The position numbers were made by a program, and so were the translations under genes. Shown piece by piece: positions 10,349 through 22,388 of a stretch of 64,000 nucleotides of DNA. This DNA is from Negativicutes bacterium. GTDB lineage: Bacteria > Bacillota > Negativicutes > JALHDB01. Under the pieces are notes generated by a model, which made no database searches, was not told the DNA's origin, and saw nothing but the letters and a program-made list of their open reading frames with translations. Each line of letters opens with the position of its first letter. Position 1 is the stretch's first letter. The DNA lies in contig JALHDB010000001.1 in NCBI GenBank assembly GCA_022840825.1, positions 54,059-118,058 of the forward strand. The letters run 5' to 3'.

Positions 10349-11629
<1,281 letters not shown>

Positions 11630-11648
11630 AAAGGGGTAGATTGTTTTA

Positions 11649-11939
11649 ATGTTGACTGGAAAACAGAAAAGACTGTTGCGGGCAATGGGTAGTGTTATCG
11701 ATCCGGTTGTACAGGTAGGTAAAGGCGGAATTAGCGGGCAGGTCATTGATAGCGTAGATGAGGCATTAGCAGCACGGGAACTTATAAAAATTAAAGTTCT
11801 TCAGAATTGTCCCTTGGAGACTGCGGAAGCTATTGCTGAATTGGCTCGTGCCGTACAGGCTGAACTGGTCCAAGTTATCGGGCGAAATGGACTGCTGTAT
11901 AAGCAAAACACGGAAAATCCGAAAATAGATTTACCGTAG
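11649..11939 (+). CDS. yhbY: CRM-domain RNA-binding protein YhbY
   Basis: LTGKQKRLLRAMG...VQVGKGGI motif; 96 aa. Confidence 0.85.
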   Translation: MLTGKQKRLLRAMGSVIDPVVQVGKGGISGQVIDSVDEALAARELIKIKVLQNCPLETAEAIAELARAVQAELVQVIGRNGLLYKQNTENPKIDLP

Positions 11940-11968
11940 AAATTTAAGCAGTATGGGGGAGAAGGGAA

Positions 11969-13096
11969 ATGTTGACAAGAAACAATCTGCATTGTGCCAA
12001 GCGTATTGTCGTGAAAGTTGGTACTTCTACCTTAACATATGCTACAGGCAAATTGAATTTTTTGCGTATTGAAAAGTTAGTGCGCGAACTTTCTGATTTA
12101 GCTAATCAAGGAAAAGAAATCATCTTGGTTACTTCTGGCGCAGTTGGCGCAGGGATGGACCGGCTGGGTTTAAAGGAAAAACCGAAAACAATCCCGGAAA
12201 AGCAGGCCGCCGCAGCCATTGGACAAGGTATTTTAATGCATACCTACGAGAAAATATTTGCTGAATATGGGCAAATTGTAGCACAAGTATTACTAACCAG
12301 GGAAGACTCGGTAAACCGCCGGCGTTATACCAACTCAAGAAACACGTTATTATCGTTACTTTCGATGGGAGTAATTCCAATTATCAATGAAAACGATGCC
12401 GTGGCGGTGGATGAATTAAAAATTGGCGATAATGACACTTTATCCGCGATGGTGGCAAGTATTATTGATGCCGATTTATTAATTATTCTATCAGACGTTG
12501 ACGGTCTATTTACGAAAAATCCGCAGGAGTTTCCAGATGCTGAATTAATTACTGAAATTACTGATATCACACCGGAAATAGAAAGTATCGCCGGCGGGGC
12601 GGGAACCTTGCGGGGGACCGGCGGCATGCATACGAAAATTCAAGCGGCTAAAATTGCCGTTAATTCCGGGGTTGCAATGCTAATAGCGTCCGGATCGCAT
12701 GAGGGTGTTCTTCGCCGAATTTTATGCGGTGAAATAATTGGCACAATATTTCTTTCGAAAGAAAACAGGCTGCAAATCCGCAAACGGTGGTTAGCTTTTG
12801 GTGCCAGAATCCATGGAGCAGTTTTCATTGACTCCGGTTGTGAAAATGCTATCGTAAGTGGAGGAAGCAGTTTATTAGCGCCGGGTATTACCGGAGTTGA
12901 CGGGTATTTTGAACAAGGCAATACTATTAGAATTTGTACTGCCGGTGGTAGGGAAATAGCTAGAGGAATAGCAAACTATGGTTCGGAAGACATAAAAAAA
13001 ATTATGGGTGTTCATACCAATGAAATATCCGATATATTAGGACACAAACCATATGATGAAATTGTTCATCGCGATAACATGGTGCCGTTGGTATGA
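11969..13096 (+). CDS. proB: Glutamate 5-kinase with PUA domain
   Basis: RIVVKVGTSTLT, VTSGAVGAG, INENDAV, GTGGM motifs; C-terminal PUA region. Confidence 0.93.
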   Translation: MLTRNNLHCAKRIVVKVGTSTLTYATGKLNFLRIEKLVRELSDLANQGKEIILVTSGAVGAGMDRLGLKEKPKTIPEKQAAAAIGQGILMHTYEKIFAEYGQIVAQVLLTREDSVNRRRYTNSRNTLLSLLSMGVIPIINENDAVAVDELKIGDNDTLSAMVASIIDADLLIILSDVDGLFTKNPQEFPDAELITEITDITPEIESIAGGAGTLRGTGGMHTKIQAAKIAVNSGVAMLIASGSHEGVLRRILCGEIIGTIFLSKENRLQIRKRWLAFGARIHGAVFIDSGCENAIVSGGSSLLAPGITGVDGYFEQGNTIRICTAGGREIARGIANYGSEDIKKIMGVHTNEISDILGHKPYDEIVHRDNMVPLV

Positions 13097-13175
13097 GTAA
13101 CAGACACGACTGATGGTATCGTTTTTATTTAACTGAATTTCGCCAATAAAATGTCACAATTTGTTCACAGGATGG

Positions 13176-13204
13176 CCGATTGACTTAATAGTCAATCGGT
13201 TTTA
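13176..13204 (+). terminator. Hairpin terminator after proB
   Basis: CCGATTGAC-ttaata-GTCAATCGG followed by TTTT. Confidence 0.6.
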
Positions 13205-13232
13205 AAATTATAGCAAAGGATGGAGGTGCGGC

Positions 13233-14351
13233 ATGCAAAAGCTAATAAAGATGCTAACAAATCATAAAAAGTGGATCATATTGTTGATTGTATTGATTGC
13301 TGCCGGTTCATGGGGCTATTCGGCTTATTCGCAAAAAAATAAACCAGTATTTACCGGTAAAATAATAGCGGTGGAGCGCGGAGATATATTGGCTATAACC
13401 TCTGCTACAGGCACTATTAATCCGGTGAATAGTGTAGACGTTAGTTCAAAAATTACCGGTCGGATTGAACAAGTTTTCGTTGAAGAAAATCAGCAGGTTA
13501 AAGAAGGACAGATCTTAATAAAACTTGATGACACCAAACTTCAGGCCACGGTCGCCCAAGCGAAAGCTAAAAGGGATAATTATTTAGCAAACTACCAGCG
13601 GATGCAGCGATTAAGTAATATTGGCGCAATTGCACCACAACAATTAGATTCAGCTAAGATGGATTATTCCGTTGCTCAGGCAGCTTACGATGATGCTGTA
13701 TCACAATTATCAGATACCGTGATTACAGCACCGGTTAGCGGGATTGTCATCGGCAAGCCGATACCGGCCGGCCAGACTGTTTCACCCGGTATATCTACAC
13801 CAATGGTTCTACTTACCATTGCCGATATGTCCAAGATGCAGATCGAGACCAAAGTAGATGAAACAGATATTGGTAAGATCAAACTGGGACAAAAAGCAAG
13901 TTTTAACGTTGACTCCTATCCGGACAAAACGTTTACCGGAGTTGTATCAAGTATTTCCAAAAAGGCTGTAATTGAACAGAATGTAGTTTATTATACGGTA
14001 TATATAGATATTGATTCTTCCGAAGGATTGTTGATGCCGACGATGACAGCGCGCGTATCGGTCAATGTCGGTGAGAGCAAGGATACTATCGTTGTTCCGT
14101 TGTCAGCCCTCAAGGAAAGTAAAGGCCAAAAGTATGTTCAAGTAATGATATCAGGCAAAGTAACTGATGTTCCGGTCCAAATTGGTCTAATGAGTGAAGA
14201 TCGAGTTGAAGTTATTACCGGGCTCAAAGATTCGGACCAGATTGTTCTGCGGGCTAAATCATCCAACGGGTCAGCAAGTGCAGCAAATGCAAATGATGCC
14301 CAAAAATCAAGAAATGCATCACGCACTATGCGCAGTGTTATGGGTCGATAG
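13233..14351 (+). CDS. Efflux transporter periplasmic adaptor subunit (HlyD/MacA-like)
   Basis: N-terminal TM anchor, coiled-coil hairpin region, [12 protein letters not shown] lipoyl-like motif; upstream of MacB-type ATPase and permease. Confidence 0.85.
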   Translation: MQKLIKMLTNHKKWIILLIVLIAAGSWGYSAYSQKNKPVFTGKIIAVERGDILAITSATGTINPVNSVDVSSKITGRIEQVFVEENQQVKEGQILIKLDDTKLQATVAQAKAKRDNYLANYQRMQRLSNIGAIAPQQLDSAKMDYSVAQAAYDDAVSQLSDTVITAPVSGIVIGKPIPAGQTVSPGISTPMVLLTIADMSKMQIETKVDETDIGKIKLGQKASFNVDSYPDKTFTGVVSSISKKAVIEQNVVYYTVYIDIDSSEGLLMPTMTARVSVNVGESKDTIVVPLSALKESKGQKYVQVMISGKVTDVPVQIGLMSEDRVEVITGLKDSDQIVLRAKSSNGSASAANANDAQKSRNASRTMRSVMGR

Positions 14352-14365
14352 GCGGTGACATTAAA

Positions 14366-15043
14366 ATGGGTATAGAGTTAACTGAAGTCCAAAAGATCTA
14401 TCAGATGGGGGAAACGAAAGTATTTGCTCTAGCCGGAGTTTCTTTAGATATTAAAGATGGTGAGTTTACGGCTATTATGGGACCATCAGGATCGGGAAAA
14501 TCAACATTGATGAATATTTTGGGCTGTCTTGACCGCCCGACAAGCGGTTCTTACCGGCTGGATGAACTTGAAGTAGCTAATATGACTGATGATCAGCTTG
14601 CCGTAACCCGCAACAAAAAAATTGGATTTGTTTTTCAAAACTTTAATTTATTACCGCGTATGGATGCATTGCAGAATGTAACTTTGCCGCTTGTATATGC
14701 CAAAATAGCGGGCAAAGAGCGCAGACAACGGGGGGAGCAAGCACTGCGGCTTGTTGGCTTGGGGAATAGAATGGAGCATAAGCCCAATGAACTGTCCGGC
14801 GGCCAGCGGCAGCGGGTTGCGATTGCCAGGGCATTGGTTAATAATCCTTCGATTGTCATGGCTGATGAACCGACAGGAAATTTGGATACCAAATCAGGTG
14901 AAGAAATCATGACGGTATTCCAGGAATTACATAATCAAGGGAAAACAATTATATTAGTAACACATGAACCGGATATTGCCGATCATGCTGCACGAGTTAT
15001 CCATGTACGCGACGGATTGGTTGTTAGTGATGAAAGAAAGTAG
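14366..15043 (+). CDS. ABC transporter ATP-binding protein (MacB/LolD type)
   Basis: Walker [10 protein letters not shown], signature LSGGQRQR, Walker B IVMADEPT. Confidence 0.93.
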   Translation: MGIELTEVQKIYQMGETKVFALAGVSLDIKDGEFTAIMGPSGSGKSTLMNILGCLDRPTSGSYRLDELEVANMTDDQLAVTRNKKIGFVFQNFNLLPRMDALQNVTLPLVYAKIAGKERRQRGEQALRLVGLGNRMEHKPNELSGGQRQRVAIARALVNNPSIVMADEPTGNLDTKSGEEIMTVFQELHNQGKTIILVTHEPDIADHAARVIHVRDGLVVSDERK

Positions 15044-15051
15044 GTGGTCCT

Positions 15052-16266
15052 GTGTTTTGGGAAAGTATCGTAATAGCGCTTGATGGTTTGCGTGCTAATA
15101 AAATGCGGTCAGTGTTGACAATGCTCGGTATTATTATCGGGGTGGGGGCCGTAATTGCAATGGTCTCAATCGGAATGGGAGTCCGGGCCAAGGTTCAAGA
15201 TTCTATTGCCGGCTTAGGCAGCAACCTGATTATTGTTCTTCCCGGCGGCACAGCTCCTTCAGGCGCCCGCATAGCTGCAGGATCAGGAACACGTTTAACT
15301 TTAAATGATGCCCAGGCTATCGCGCGCGAGATATCTGGTATTGAAAAAGTAGATCCGAATGTCCGTAAACAATATCAAATTGTGGCCGGCAACAAGAATT
15401 GGATAACAAATGTTCAAGGAACATCGCAGGATTTTTTAGTAGTACGCAACTATGCAGTTGAGTCAGGAATCTTTTTTGATTCGCAAGATGTATCATCGCG
15501 GGCTCGGGTCGCAGTTATTGGTAAGACAATTGCTGACAATTTATTTGCTGACGGTAATCCAATTGGGCAAGCAATTCGAATTAATAAATCGCCATTTCGA
15601 ATCATTGGGGTATTCGAATCAAAAGGCCAATCGGCCAACGGCATGGACCAAGATGATTTGATTGTTATACCGATAACCACTGCACAGCAAAGAATGTTGG
15701 GAATTACACATATTCACAGTATAAACGTGCAAGCCCAAAACCCGGAAGTAATTGATCAAGTCCAAAATGATATTAGAAGTTTGCTGCGGGCCCGTCACCG
15801 CCTTTCGCCGACGACTGACGACGATTTTACTGTCCGAAATCTATCTTCGGTAATGGCTACCGCTGAGGAAACTACTAATACAATCACTTTATTGCTGGCT
15901 AATATTGCCGCAATTTCACTGCTGGTCGGCGGTATAGGCATTATGAATATTATGTTAGTTTCGGTTACGGAACGAACGAGAGAGATTGGTATCCGCAAAG
16001 CGCTGGGGGCAACTTACCAAAATATCTTATTGCAATTTTTAATCGAAGCTGTTGTTATTGGGGTAACCGGCGGAATGATTGGGGTAATGCTTGGTGTTGG
16101 CAGTTCTTATGCTATTTCCGCATTCGCCGGGTGGCGAACGGTAGTGTCCACAGGTTCGATAATATTGGCATTTGGGTTTTCGATTATGATCGGATTGTTC
16201 TTTGGCATTTATCCGGCCCGGAAAGCAGCCCTGCTTGATCCAATCGAAGCGTTGAGATATGAATGA
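15052..16266 (+). CDS. ABC transporter permease, MacB periplasmic domain plus FtsX domain
   Basis: 404 aa; TM1, large extracytoplasmic domain, 3 C-terminal TMs; ERTREIGIRKALGA motif. Confidence 0.9.
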   Translation: MFWESIVIALDGLRANKMRSVLTMLGIIIGVGAVIAMVSIGMGVRAKVQDSIAGLGSNLIIVLPGGTAPSGARIAAGSGTRLTLNDAQAIAREISGIEKVDPNVRKQYQIVAGNKNWITNVQGTSQDFLVVRNYAVESGIFFDSQDVSSRARVAVIGKTIADNLFADGNPIGQAIRINKSPFRIIGVFESKGQSANGMDQDDLIVIPITTAQQRMLGITHIHSINVQAQNPEVIDQVQNDIRSLLRARHRLSPTTDDDFTVRNLSSVMATAEETTNTITLLLANIAAISLLVGGIGIMNIMLVSVTERTREIGIRKALGATYQNILLQFLIEAVVIGVTGGMIGVMLGVGSSYAISAFAGWRTVVSTGSIILAFGFSIMIGLFFGIYPARKAALLDPIEALRYE

Positions 16267-16424
16267 TTAAGAGATTTTGGGGTAATACCAAAGCTTTTAT
16301 TAACTACTGCCGGACGCAAAAAGGTAAACATGATCTAATTGATTACAGCAGAGCGCTACTTATAATATTTGTCACCATTTTGTTGGTCTATGCTTTTATT
16401 ATTGTGATAGTTAAGAACAATTGA
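16263..16424 (+). CDS. Possible 53-aa membrane-anchored peptide coupled to the permease gene
   Basis: ATG overlaps the permease stop (ATGA); hydrophobic C-terminus LLIIFVTILLVYAFIIVIV; below the ORF-track size cut-off, no homology evidence. Confidence 0.3.
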   Translation: MIKRFWGNTKAFINYCRTQKGKHDLIDYSRALLIIFVTILLVYAFIIVIVKNN

Positions 16425-16465
16425 TATAATAAGCTTGAAATTATACGCATAGGGAGCATACATTA

Positions 16466-17089
16466 ATGGATCAACAGCAACAGCGGATTGGTATTATGGG
16501 CGGGACATTTGATCCAATCCATATTGGCCACCTTGTTACAGCAGAGACAGTAAGACTAGCTTTTAATTTGGACAAGGTAATTTTTGTGCCAGCCGGCTTG
16601 CCGCCAAATAAGCAAAGCGCCTCGATAACTTCTATACGTCATCGTTATATTATGACGGTAATGGCAACTTACTCGAATCCTTATTTCTTTGTCTCTTCAA
16701 TTGAGATGGACCGACCGGGTCCTTCTTATACTATCGATACTATCAGAGAATTTTGTGCTTTATATGGCAGAAAAACTGAATTCTTCTTTATAACCGGATC
16801 TGATGCTGTGACTGATTTACCTACCTGGAAAGAAGTAGATTCCTTACTGACTATCTGCCAGTTTGTGGTTGCCGCCCGGCCGGGATGCAGTATTGCTGTA
16901 GATAAGGCGATAAATTATTTTGATGGCATGCAGCGGCAGCGAATACATCGCTTCGCGACCAAAGAATTAGAAATATCTTCAACCGATATTCGTGAACGGG
17001 TAAAAAAGGGTTTTTCCATAAAATACATTGTTCCCGAGAGTGTTGAGAATTATATACTTAAAGAGGGTTTATACGCAAATAGCAAATAA
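16466..17089 (+). CDS. nadD: Nicotinate-nucleotide adenylyltransferase
   Basis: GGTFDPIHIGH nucleotidyltransferase motif; ISSTDIR near C-terminus. Confidence 0.93.
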   Translation: MDQQQQRIGIMGGTFDPIHIGHLVTAETVRLAFNLDKVIFVPAGLPPNKQSASITSIRHRYIMTVMATYSNPYFFVSSIEMDRPGPSYTIDTIREFCALYGRKTEFFFITGSDAVTDLPTWKEVDSLLTICQFVVAARPGCSIAVDKAINYFDGMQRQRIHRFATKELEISSTDIRERVKKGFSIKYIVPESVENYILKEGLYANSK

Positions 17090-17169
17090 AGGCAGGCATA
17101 ATAAACTATGACTTGCAAATAATGTGATTGAAAGTATTTTAGAATCTAGAAAGAGAGGTGACCGATTGA

Positions 17170-17421
17170 ATGACCAAAACTCTCTACGTAGGGAATTTAC
17201 CTTGGTCGTCTACGGAAAGTACATTGGCTGACGCTTTTCGTCCTTATGGAAACGTAATTTCCAGTAGAATAATCACTGATAAAGAGACCGGTAGATCCAG
17301 AGGATTTGGCTTTGTGGAAGTTGCAGACGAAGACGCTGAAAAGATGATTGAAGCTATGAACGGCAATGAAATTGGCGGGCGCCAAATTGTTGTAAACGAA
17401 GCTAAACCAAAACAAGGATAG
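17170..17421 (+). CDS. RRM-type RNA-binding protein
   Basis: RNP-2 LYVGNL and RNP-1 RGFGFVEV motifs; 83 aa. Confidence 0.9.
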   Translation: MTKTLYVGNLPWSSTESTLADAFRPYGNVISSRIITDKETGRSRGFGFVEVADEDAEKMIEAMNGNEIGGRQIVVNEAKPKQG

Positions 17422-17427
17422 TTTCGC

Positions 17428-17455
17428 AGCCTCCATTTGGAGGCTTTTATTTTTG
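17428..17455 (+). terminator. Rho-independent terminator
   Basis: AGCCTCC-attt-GGAGGCT followed by TTTATTTTT. Confidence 0.85.
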
Positions 17456-17518
17456 CCTAGTTACAGAGGAAAATGCTTATATTTTGGCGAATGTTAGCAG
17501 AAATAGGGGGCAAAAGCA

Positions 17519-18088
17519 ATGTACCAGGCAATTTATCAACAACTTGCACAGCAACTATCGCCACACCGTTTTAAACACAGTATCGGCGTTGCTCAGACGG
17601 CACATAAATTAGCAATGATGTATGACTTAAATGGGGAAAAAGCAAGATTAGCAGGCATATTGCATGATTGTGCCCGGGAAATTCCCAAAAATCACTTGTT
17701 GCAATTAGCGCGTGAATTTGGTATATTAGTGGATAATGTGGAATTATGTCAACCTATATTGCTCCACGCGCCAGTGGGTGCCAAAATTGCGCAAACCAAA
17801 TATGGTATTGATGACGAGGAAATTTTACAGGCTATTGCATTGCATACTACCGGTGGATTAAATATGACCAAACTGGCGATGGTGATCTACGTTGCTGATT
17901 TTATTGAGCCTGGACGGGATTTTCCCGGAATTGATAAATATCGGCTTTTAGCGCAACAAGATTTAAAAGCGGCATTGTTAGCTACATTGGATGCGAGTAT
18001 TGATTATATAATTAAGAAAAGGCTGCTGATTCATCCGGCTACTATTGAAGCCCGTAATGAGTTATTGTTAAAAAATAGAGGTTATTGA
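17519..18088 (+). CDS. yqeK: HD-domain bis(5'-nucleosyl)-tetraphosphatase YqeK
   Basis: HSIGVA...LHDCARE HD motif; classic nadD-yqeK-rsfS neighbourhood. Confidence 0.85.
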   Translation: MYQAIYQQLAQQLSPHRFKHSIGVAQTAHKLAMMYDLNGEKARLAGILHDCAREIPKNHLLQLAREFGILVDNVELCQPILLHAPVGAKIAQTKYGIDDEEILQAIALHTTGGLNMTKLAMVIYVADFIEPGRDFPGIDKYRLLAQQDLKAALLATLDASIDYIIKKRLLIHPATIEARNELLLKNRGY

Positions 18089-18115
18089 TGTTTTATTGAT
18101 GGGAGGAGGATCATC

Positions 18116-19075
18116 ATGCAGAATATGCCGGATCGGATCTCGCGCAACCGTAAGCGTAGAATTCGTTGGCCGCGGGTATTTTTATTGCTGGTAATACTAG
18201 TTGTTCTGACTGCAGGTACTTTTCGTGCCGGAATGTATGCATATGAATTATTGTTTCCCCCACGGAAAAATGTAGCAGTAGCTACTACTGATAATAAGAA
18301 GATAAACTTGCCTGCTGAGGCTATTAGTAAAAGAGTGAATGTTTTGTTATTAGGTACTGATGATGGTGAAGTCGATAATCCAAAGTCACCAAAGAGATCT
18401 GATACCATGATCGTTGCCAGTGTAAATCCCGATGATAAAAGTATAATTTTATTATCTATTCCCCGTGATACACGGGTTCATATTCCTGGTAAGAACGGAT
18501 ATGATAAAATTACTCATGCCTATGCTTATGGCGGAGCTGACCTGGCCAAACGTACTGTTGAAGAATTGCTGGATATACCGATTCATTATTATATGAGTAT
18601 GGATTGGGAGGGCTTTATTAAAATAATTGACATTCTGGGTGGAGTTAATTTATATGTTGAACATAATATGCATTATAAAGACCCATATGCCAACCTAACT
18701 ATATATTTAGATCAAGGGTATCAACATTTAGATGGCAAGAAAGCAGGCCAATATATCCGTTTCCGCAGTGATGAACTGGGCGACATTGGCCGAGTTCAGC
18801 GGCAGATGAAATTTTTAAAGGCGTTGTCTGATGAGACTTTTCAAGTGGGCACGATTTTAAAACTGCCTTCGCTGGTTTCTGTGATCAAAGATTACGTAAG
18901 TACCGATATGAATATGTTTACAATGCTGAAACTTGCCAATAGTGTAAAAACCTTTACCGGTGGCGGAGTTCATACGCAAATGCTGCCAGGTAAGTTTGGT
19001 GATATAAAAGGATTGAGCTTCTGGATTCCGGATGATAAACAAACTAAGCAAATAGTTGACCAATTAAAAACGTGA
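18116..19075 (+). CDS. LytR-CpsA-Psr (LCP) family cell-envelope phosphotransferase
   Basis: TM anchor then NVLLLGTDD...RSDTMIVASVNP...LSIPRDT motifs. Confidence 0.88.
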   Translation: MQNMPDRISRNRKRRIRWPRVFLLLVILVVLTAGTFRAGMYAYELLFPPRKNVAVATTDNKKINLPAEAISKRVNVLLLGTDDGEVDNPKSPKRSDTMIVASVNPDDKSIILLSIPRDTRVHIPGKNGYDKITHAYAYGGADLAKRTVEELLDIPIHYYMSMDWEGFIKIIDILGGVNLYVEHNMHYKDPYANLTIYLDQGYQHLDGKKAGQYIRFRSDELGDIGRVQRQMKFLKALSDETFQVGTILKLPSLVSVIKDYVSTDMNMFTMLKLANSVKTFTGGGVHTQMLPGKFGDIKGLSFWIPDDKQTKQIVDQLKT

Positions 19076-19080
19076 ACTAT

Positions 19081-19126
19081 ATGTGGACCGGACCGGTAGT
19101 GGTACGGTTCACATTTTACTTTTTTG
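19081..19126 (+). terminator. Rho-independent terminator
   Basis: ATGTGGACCG...CGGTTCACAT stem followed by T-rich tract. Confidence 0.7.
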
Positions 19127-19225
19127 TTTAGTATTATAAAATGAAGGAAACCTAACGTACTGACAAGAATAGAAATGGTTAGATCAGTTAACAATTATGA
19201 TAAGTATGAGCATGGGAGGACAAAG

Positions 19226-19573
19226 ATGATTGATAAAACGCCTTTGCAAATAGCAATTGCCCAAGCAGCCAGTGAAAAAAAAGCCCACGATATCGTTATT
19301 ATGGAAATTGGCAAAGTTTCATTAATGACAGATTTTTTCGTTATTTGTAGCGCAAATTCGACAACACAAGTAAAAGCTATTGCTGATAATATTGAGGAAA
19401 AGCTGGAACAATCCGGAATTCGCTTCTTACATAAAGAGGGATATAACCAGGCTCGCTGGATCCTATTGGATTATGGTGCTGCCGTGGCCCATATTTTTGT
19501 TAATGAAGATCGTGAATTTTACAATTTGGAAAGATTGTGGGGAGATGCGCCATTAGAACATTATCAGGATTAG
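19226..19573 (+). CDS. rsfS: Ribosome silencing factor RsfS
   Basis: DIVIMEIGKVSLMTDFFVICSANSTTQVKAIADNI and NLERLWGDAP motifs; start moved to ATG 19226 behind GGGAGGA. Confidence 0.92.
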   Translation: MIDKTPLQIAIAQAASEKKAHDIVIMEIGKVSLMTDFFVICSANSTTQVKAIADNIEEKLEQSGIRFLHKEGYNQARWILLDYGAAVAHIFVNEDREFYNLERLWGDAPLEHYQD

Positions 19574-20451
19574 ATGATCAAAAAAATAGTAAATATAAGC
19601 CGGGCAGTGTTGTTACACTTAGTGCCGTACGGGAAAGCGAATTAGGGATTTTTCTTGATGCCCAGACAGGCAGTACCAATGATGACATCTTACTACATAA
19701 GGCTCAGCAGACAACTCCGGTTAAAGTTGGCGAAGAAGTCACCGTTTTTTTGTATTTGGACCCCAAAAATCGTTTGGCAGCCAGTATGAGAGTACCGAAA
19801 ATGCGCATCGGACAAGTTGCCAGAGTAAAAGTAATTAATACCTCTAAAGACGGCGCATTTGTAGATGTTGGTGCTGAACGGGGAATATTTATGCCATTTG
19901 CCGGAATGCGGGGGAAAGTACGTACCGGTGATATGGTGTGGGTAAAACTGTACATAGACAAGTCCGGCCGGCCGGCCGTAACGATGGAAGTGGAAGAAGA
20001 GCTTCAGCGTGCTTCGCGTCCGGCCGAGAATATTAAAGTCGGTGATGAAGTAACAGGATCAGTCTATAATTATACCGATCAAGGCGGATTTCTCTTTACT
20101 TCAGACCGTAACATAGCATTCCTGCATGTCAATGAAATCCCCGCTGCCCGACCTAAGGTTGGTGAGGAAATTACTGCACGGGTTACCTATGTTCGCGAAG
20201 ATGGCAAGATCAATGTGTCGTTACGGCCGCTTAAACAGGATGCAATTGATGTTGATGCCGAAAAAATTTTAACGCTGTTAAAAGCGAGAAATGGGAAAAT
20301 GCCGTATAGCGATGAGACTCCGCCTGAGATAATTAAGGATAAGTTTAATATTAGTAAGGCAGCTTTTAAACGAGCTATGGGACGATTGCTGAAAACCGGA
20401 CAAATTACTCAGCAGGAAGGCTGGACCTATTTAAACCAGAATGAGAACTAG
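19537..20451 (+). CDS. S1-domain RNA-binding protein, CvfB/YitL family
   Basis: Repeated S1-like segments and C-terminal winged-helix (FNISKAAFKRAMGRLLKTGQI). GTG start overlapping rsfS is uncertain. Confidence 0.75.
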   Translation: MGRCAIRTLSGLDDQKNSKYKPGSVVTLSAVRESELGIFLDAQTGSTNDDILLHKAQQTTPVKVGEEVTVFLYLDPKNRLAASMRVPKMRIGQVARVKVINTSKDGAFVDVGAERGIFMPFAGMRGKVRTGDMVWVKLYIDKSGRPAVTMEVEEELQRASRPAENIKVGDEVTGSVYNYTDQGGFLFTSDRNIAFLHVNEIPAARPKVGEEITARVTYVREDGKINVSLRPLKQDAIDVDAEKILTLLKARNGKMPYSDETPPEIIKDKFNISKAAFKRAMGRLLKTGQITQQEGWTYLNQNEN

Positions 20452-20459
20452 CGTTTTTG

Positions 20460-20493
20460 ACCGGCCAGGCTTGTTGGCCGGTTTGTTTGTTTG
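20460..20493 (+). terminator. Rho-independent terminator
   Basis: ACCGGCCA-ggcttgt-TGGCCGGT plus T-rich tail. Confidence 0.75.
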
Positions 20494-20514
20494 GAGTAAG
20501 ATGGAGGGATTACA

Positions 20515-21732
20515 ATGCAAACAGAAAAACTATATTATCAAGATGCTTATCTGACCGAATGTAAGGCCAAAATATTAAAGACTGAACAGCATTCAAACCA
20601 GGAATGGGCAATTATTTTAGATCGTACCGTTTTTTACCCTGAAGGCGGGGGGCAGCCATGCGATCTTGGCCTAATTGATAATATTCCTGTCCATAAAGTA
20701 CTGGAAAGAGGCGGCCGGATAATTCATATTACAAATGAATTACCCCAGCAAGAATACGTTGATATGAAGATTGATTGGGACCGAAGATTTGACTATATGC
20801 AGCAACATAGCGGTGAACATATCCTGTCGTGGGCTTTTGTTAATCTTATGAAAGCTAATAACATTGGGTTTCACTTAAATAATAATATAACTTACATTGA
20901 TGTAGATGTTGAAGCAGTTAGTGAACAACAAATAAAAGAAGTAGAAGCGGCTGCCAATAAAATCGTTTTTTCTAATTTACCGGTAATAAGCAGATTTGTT
21001 GAACAGGATCAGGTGCAAAATTTTTCGCTTAGAAAACAACTGGCCAAGGAATATGAACAGATAAGAATTGTTGAAATTAAACATTCAGACTGCTGTCCTT
21101 GTGGCGGAACGCACGTCAATTATACCGGTGAGATTGGGCTTATCAAAATTTGCTCTGTTGAAAGAAAAAATAAAGCAACCCGTGTATACTTTGTCTGCGG
21201 GGGCAGAGCTTTAACCGACTATCAACACAAAAATACGACTGCAAATTTCTTGTCAAGAGAATTAACGGTACCGGCAGCAGATATTTCGGCTGCTTATTGC
21301 CGGCAAACCCAACGATGGGAAGAAATGAGCCGGCAAATGGCCGAACTGAGGAAGGAAATACATAGATATATTGGACGCGAACTTATTGCTCAAGCCGAAT
21401 TTATCAAAGATACGTGCGTTATAAGCAAAATATTCGTTGATATGACAGTTAAAGATGGTGCTGATCTTGCTAAACGTCTCGTAACAGAGGCTAACACAAT
21501 TGTTATGTTTGCTTTCGTAGATACAAATAAGAACACTGCTAACCTTATTTTCGCCTGTTCCGACAATATAGCGGCAGATATGAACGCGCAGCTTAGACAA
21601 GTTTTGCCGTTGATAAGTGGTAAAGGCGGTGGAACACCGCATTATGCCCAAGGCGGAGCTGCTAATAGCTCTAATATTAATGAGGCCATCGAACAGGCCA
21701 AAATAAATATAAAGACATTAGTTGGACAATAG
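20515..21732 (+). CDS. Alanyl-tRNA editing protein AlaX-L (tRNA_SAD plus DHHA1-like domain)
   Basis: Zinc motifs HSGEHIL and CCPCGGTHV; C-terminal GKGGGTPHYAQGG. Confidence 0.85.
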   Translation: MQTEKLYYQDAYLTECKAKILKTEQHSNQEWAIILDRTVFYPEGGGQPCDLGLIDNIPVHKVLERGGRIIHITNELPQQEYVDMKIDWDRRFDYMQQHSGEHILSWAFVNLMKANNIGFHLNNNITYIDVDVEAVSEQQIKEVEAAANKIVFSNLPVISRFVEQDQVQNFSLRKQLAKEYEQIRIVEIKHSDCCPCGGTHVNYTGEIGLIKICSVERKNKATRVYFVCGGRALTDYQHKNTTANFLSRELTVPAADISAAYCRQTQRWEEMSRQMAELRKEIHRYIGRELIAQAEFIKDTCVISKIFVDMTVKDGADLAKRLVTEANTIVMFAFVDTNKNTANLIFACSDNIAADMNAQLRQVLPLISGKGGGTPHYAQGGAANSSNINEAIEQAKINIKTLVGQ

Positions 21733-21769
21733 CAAGCCGGTTAAGTATTTTTGGAGGGCGGGTTATTTT

Positions 21770-22003
21770 ATGAAAGAGATTGAATTAAGTAAAGAAGTGA
21801 GACAAGACTTGGTTGAAGCAATCAGTAATTTTTTCTGGCAAGAAAGATCTGAACGGATAAGTGAGTTTCAAGCTTCAACTATCCTTGATTTCATGATAAG
21901 TCAAATGGGGCCGGCTATTTATAATCAAGCAATTGCCGATGCTCATGCACTAATGTCTGACCGCATTGATGACTTATACGGACTGGAAAAACGATCAAGA
22001 TGA
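21770..22003 (+). CDS. DUF2164 family protein
   Basis: MKEIELSKE...ISEFQASTILDF...GPAIYNQAIADA pattern as I recall for DUF2164; start moved to ATG 21770. Confidence 0.6.
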   Translation: MKEIELSKEVRQDLVEAISNFFWQERSERISEFQASTILDFMISQMGPAIYNQAIADAHALMSDRIDDLYGLEKRSR

Positions 22004-22201
22004 TATAAATGTCCGAGCATGACTTACAACTTCGCTGCTTTATGCTCTGCTTGATTATTAATTTCTGTTGTGCTGAAATCTTGAAAATATTATCCAGCCG
22101 TTTAATAGAACAATAAGCAGAAATAGCTATGCTTAAGGATATTAAGTAATACGAATTAATTTTTAACTATCAAAAAGATATTTCCAGCTATCTAAAATAT
22201 A

Positions 22202-22231
22202 TTGACATTATGTAGTGTAATATAATATAAT
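22202..22231 (+). promoter_or_regulatory. Sigma-A type promoter for tRNA-Ala
   Basis: TTGACA (22202-22207), 18-nt spacer, TATAAT (22226-22231), about 30 nt upstream of the tRNA. Confidence 0.6.
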
Positions 22232-22260
22232 ACTTTTTGTAAGTGATTGATTATTCATAT

Positions 22261-22342
<82 letters not shown>

Positions 22343-22344
22343 TC

Positions 22345-22388
22345 AAGGCTTCGCGGGTTTAGACCGCGAAGCCTTTGTGCTGTTTTTC
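22345..22388 (+). terminator. Island-borne terminator behind the reconstituted tRNA
   Basis: AAGGCTTCGCGG-gtttaga-CCGCGAAGCCTT 12-bp stem, T-rich tract a few nt downstream. Confidence 0.7.
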
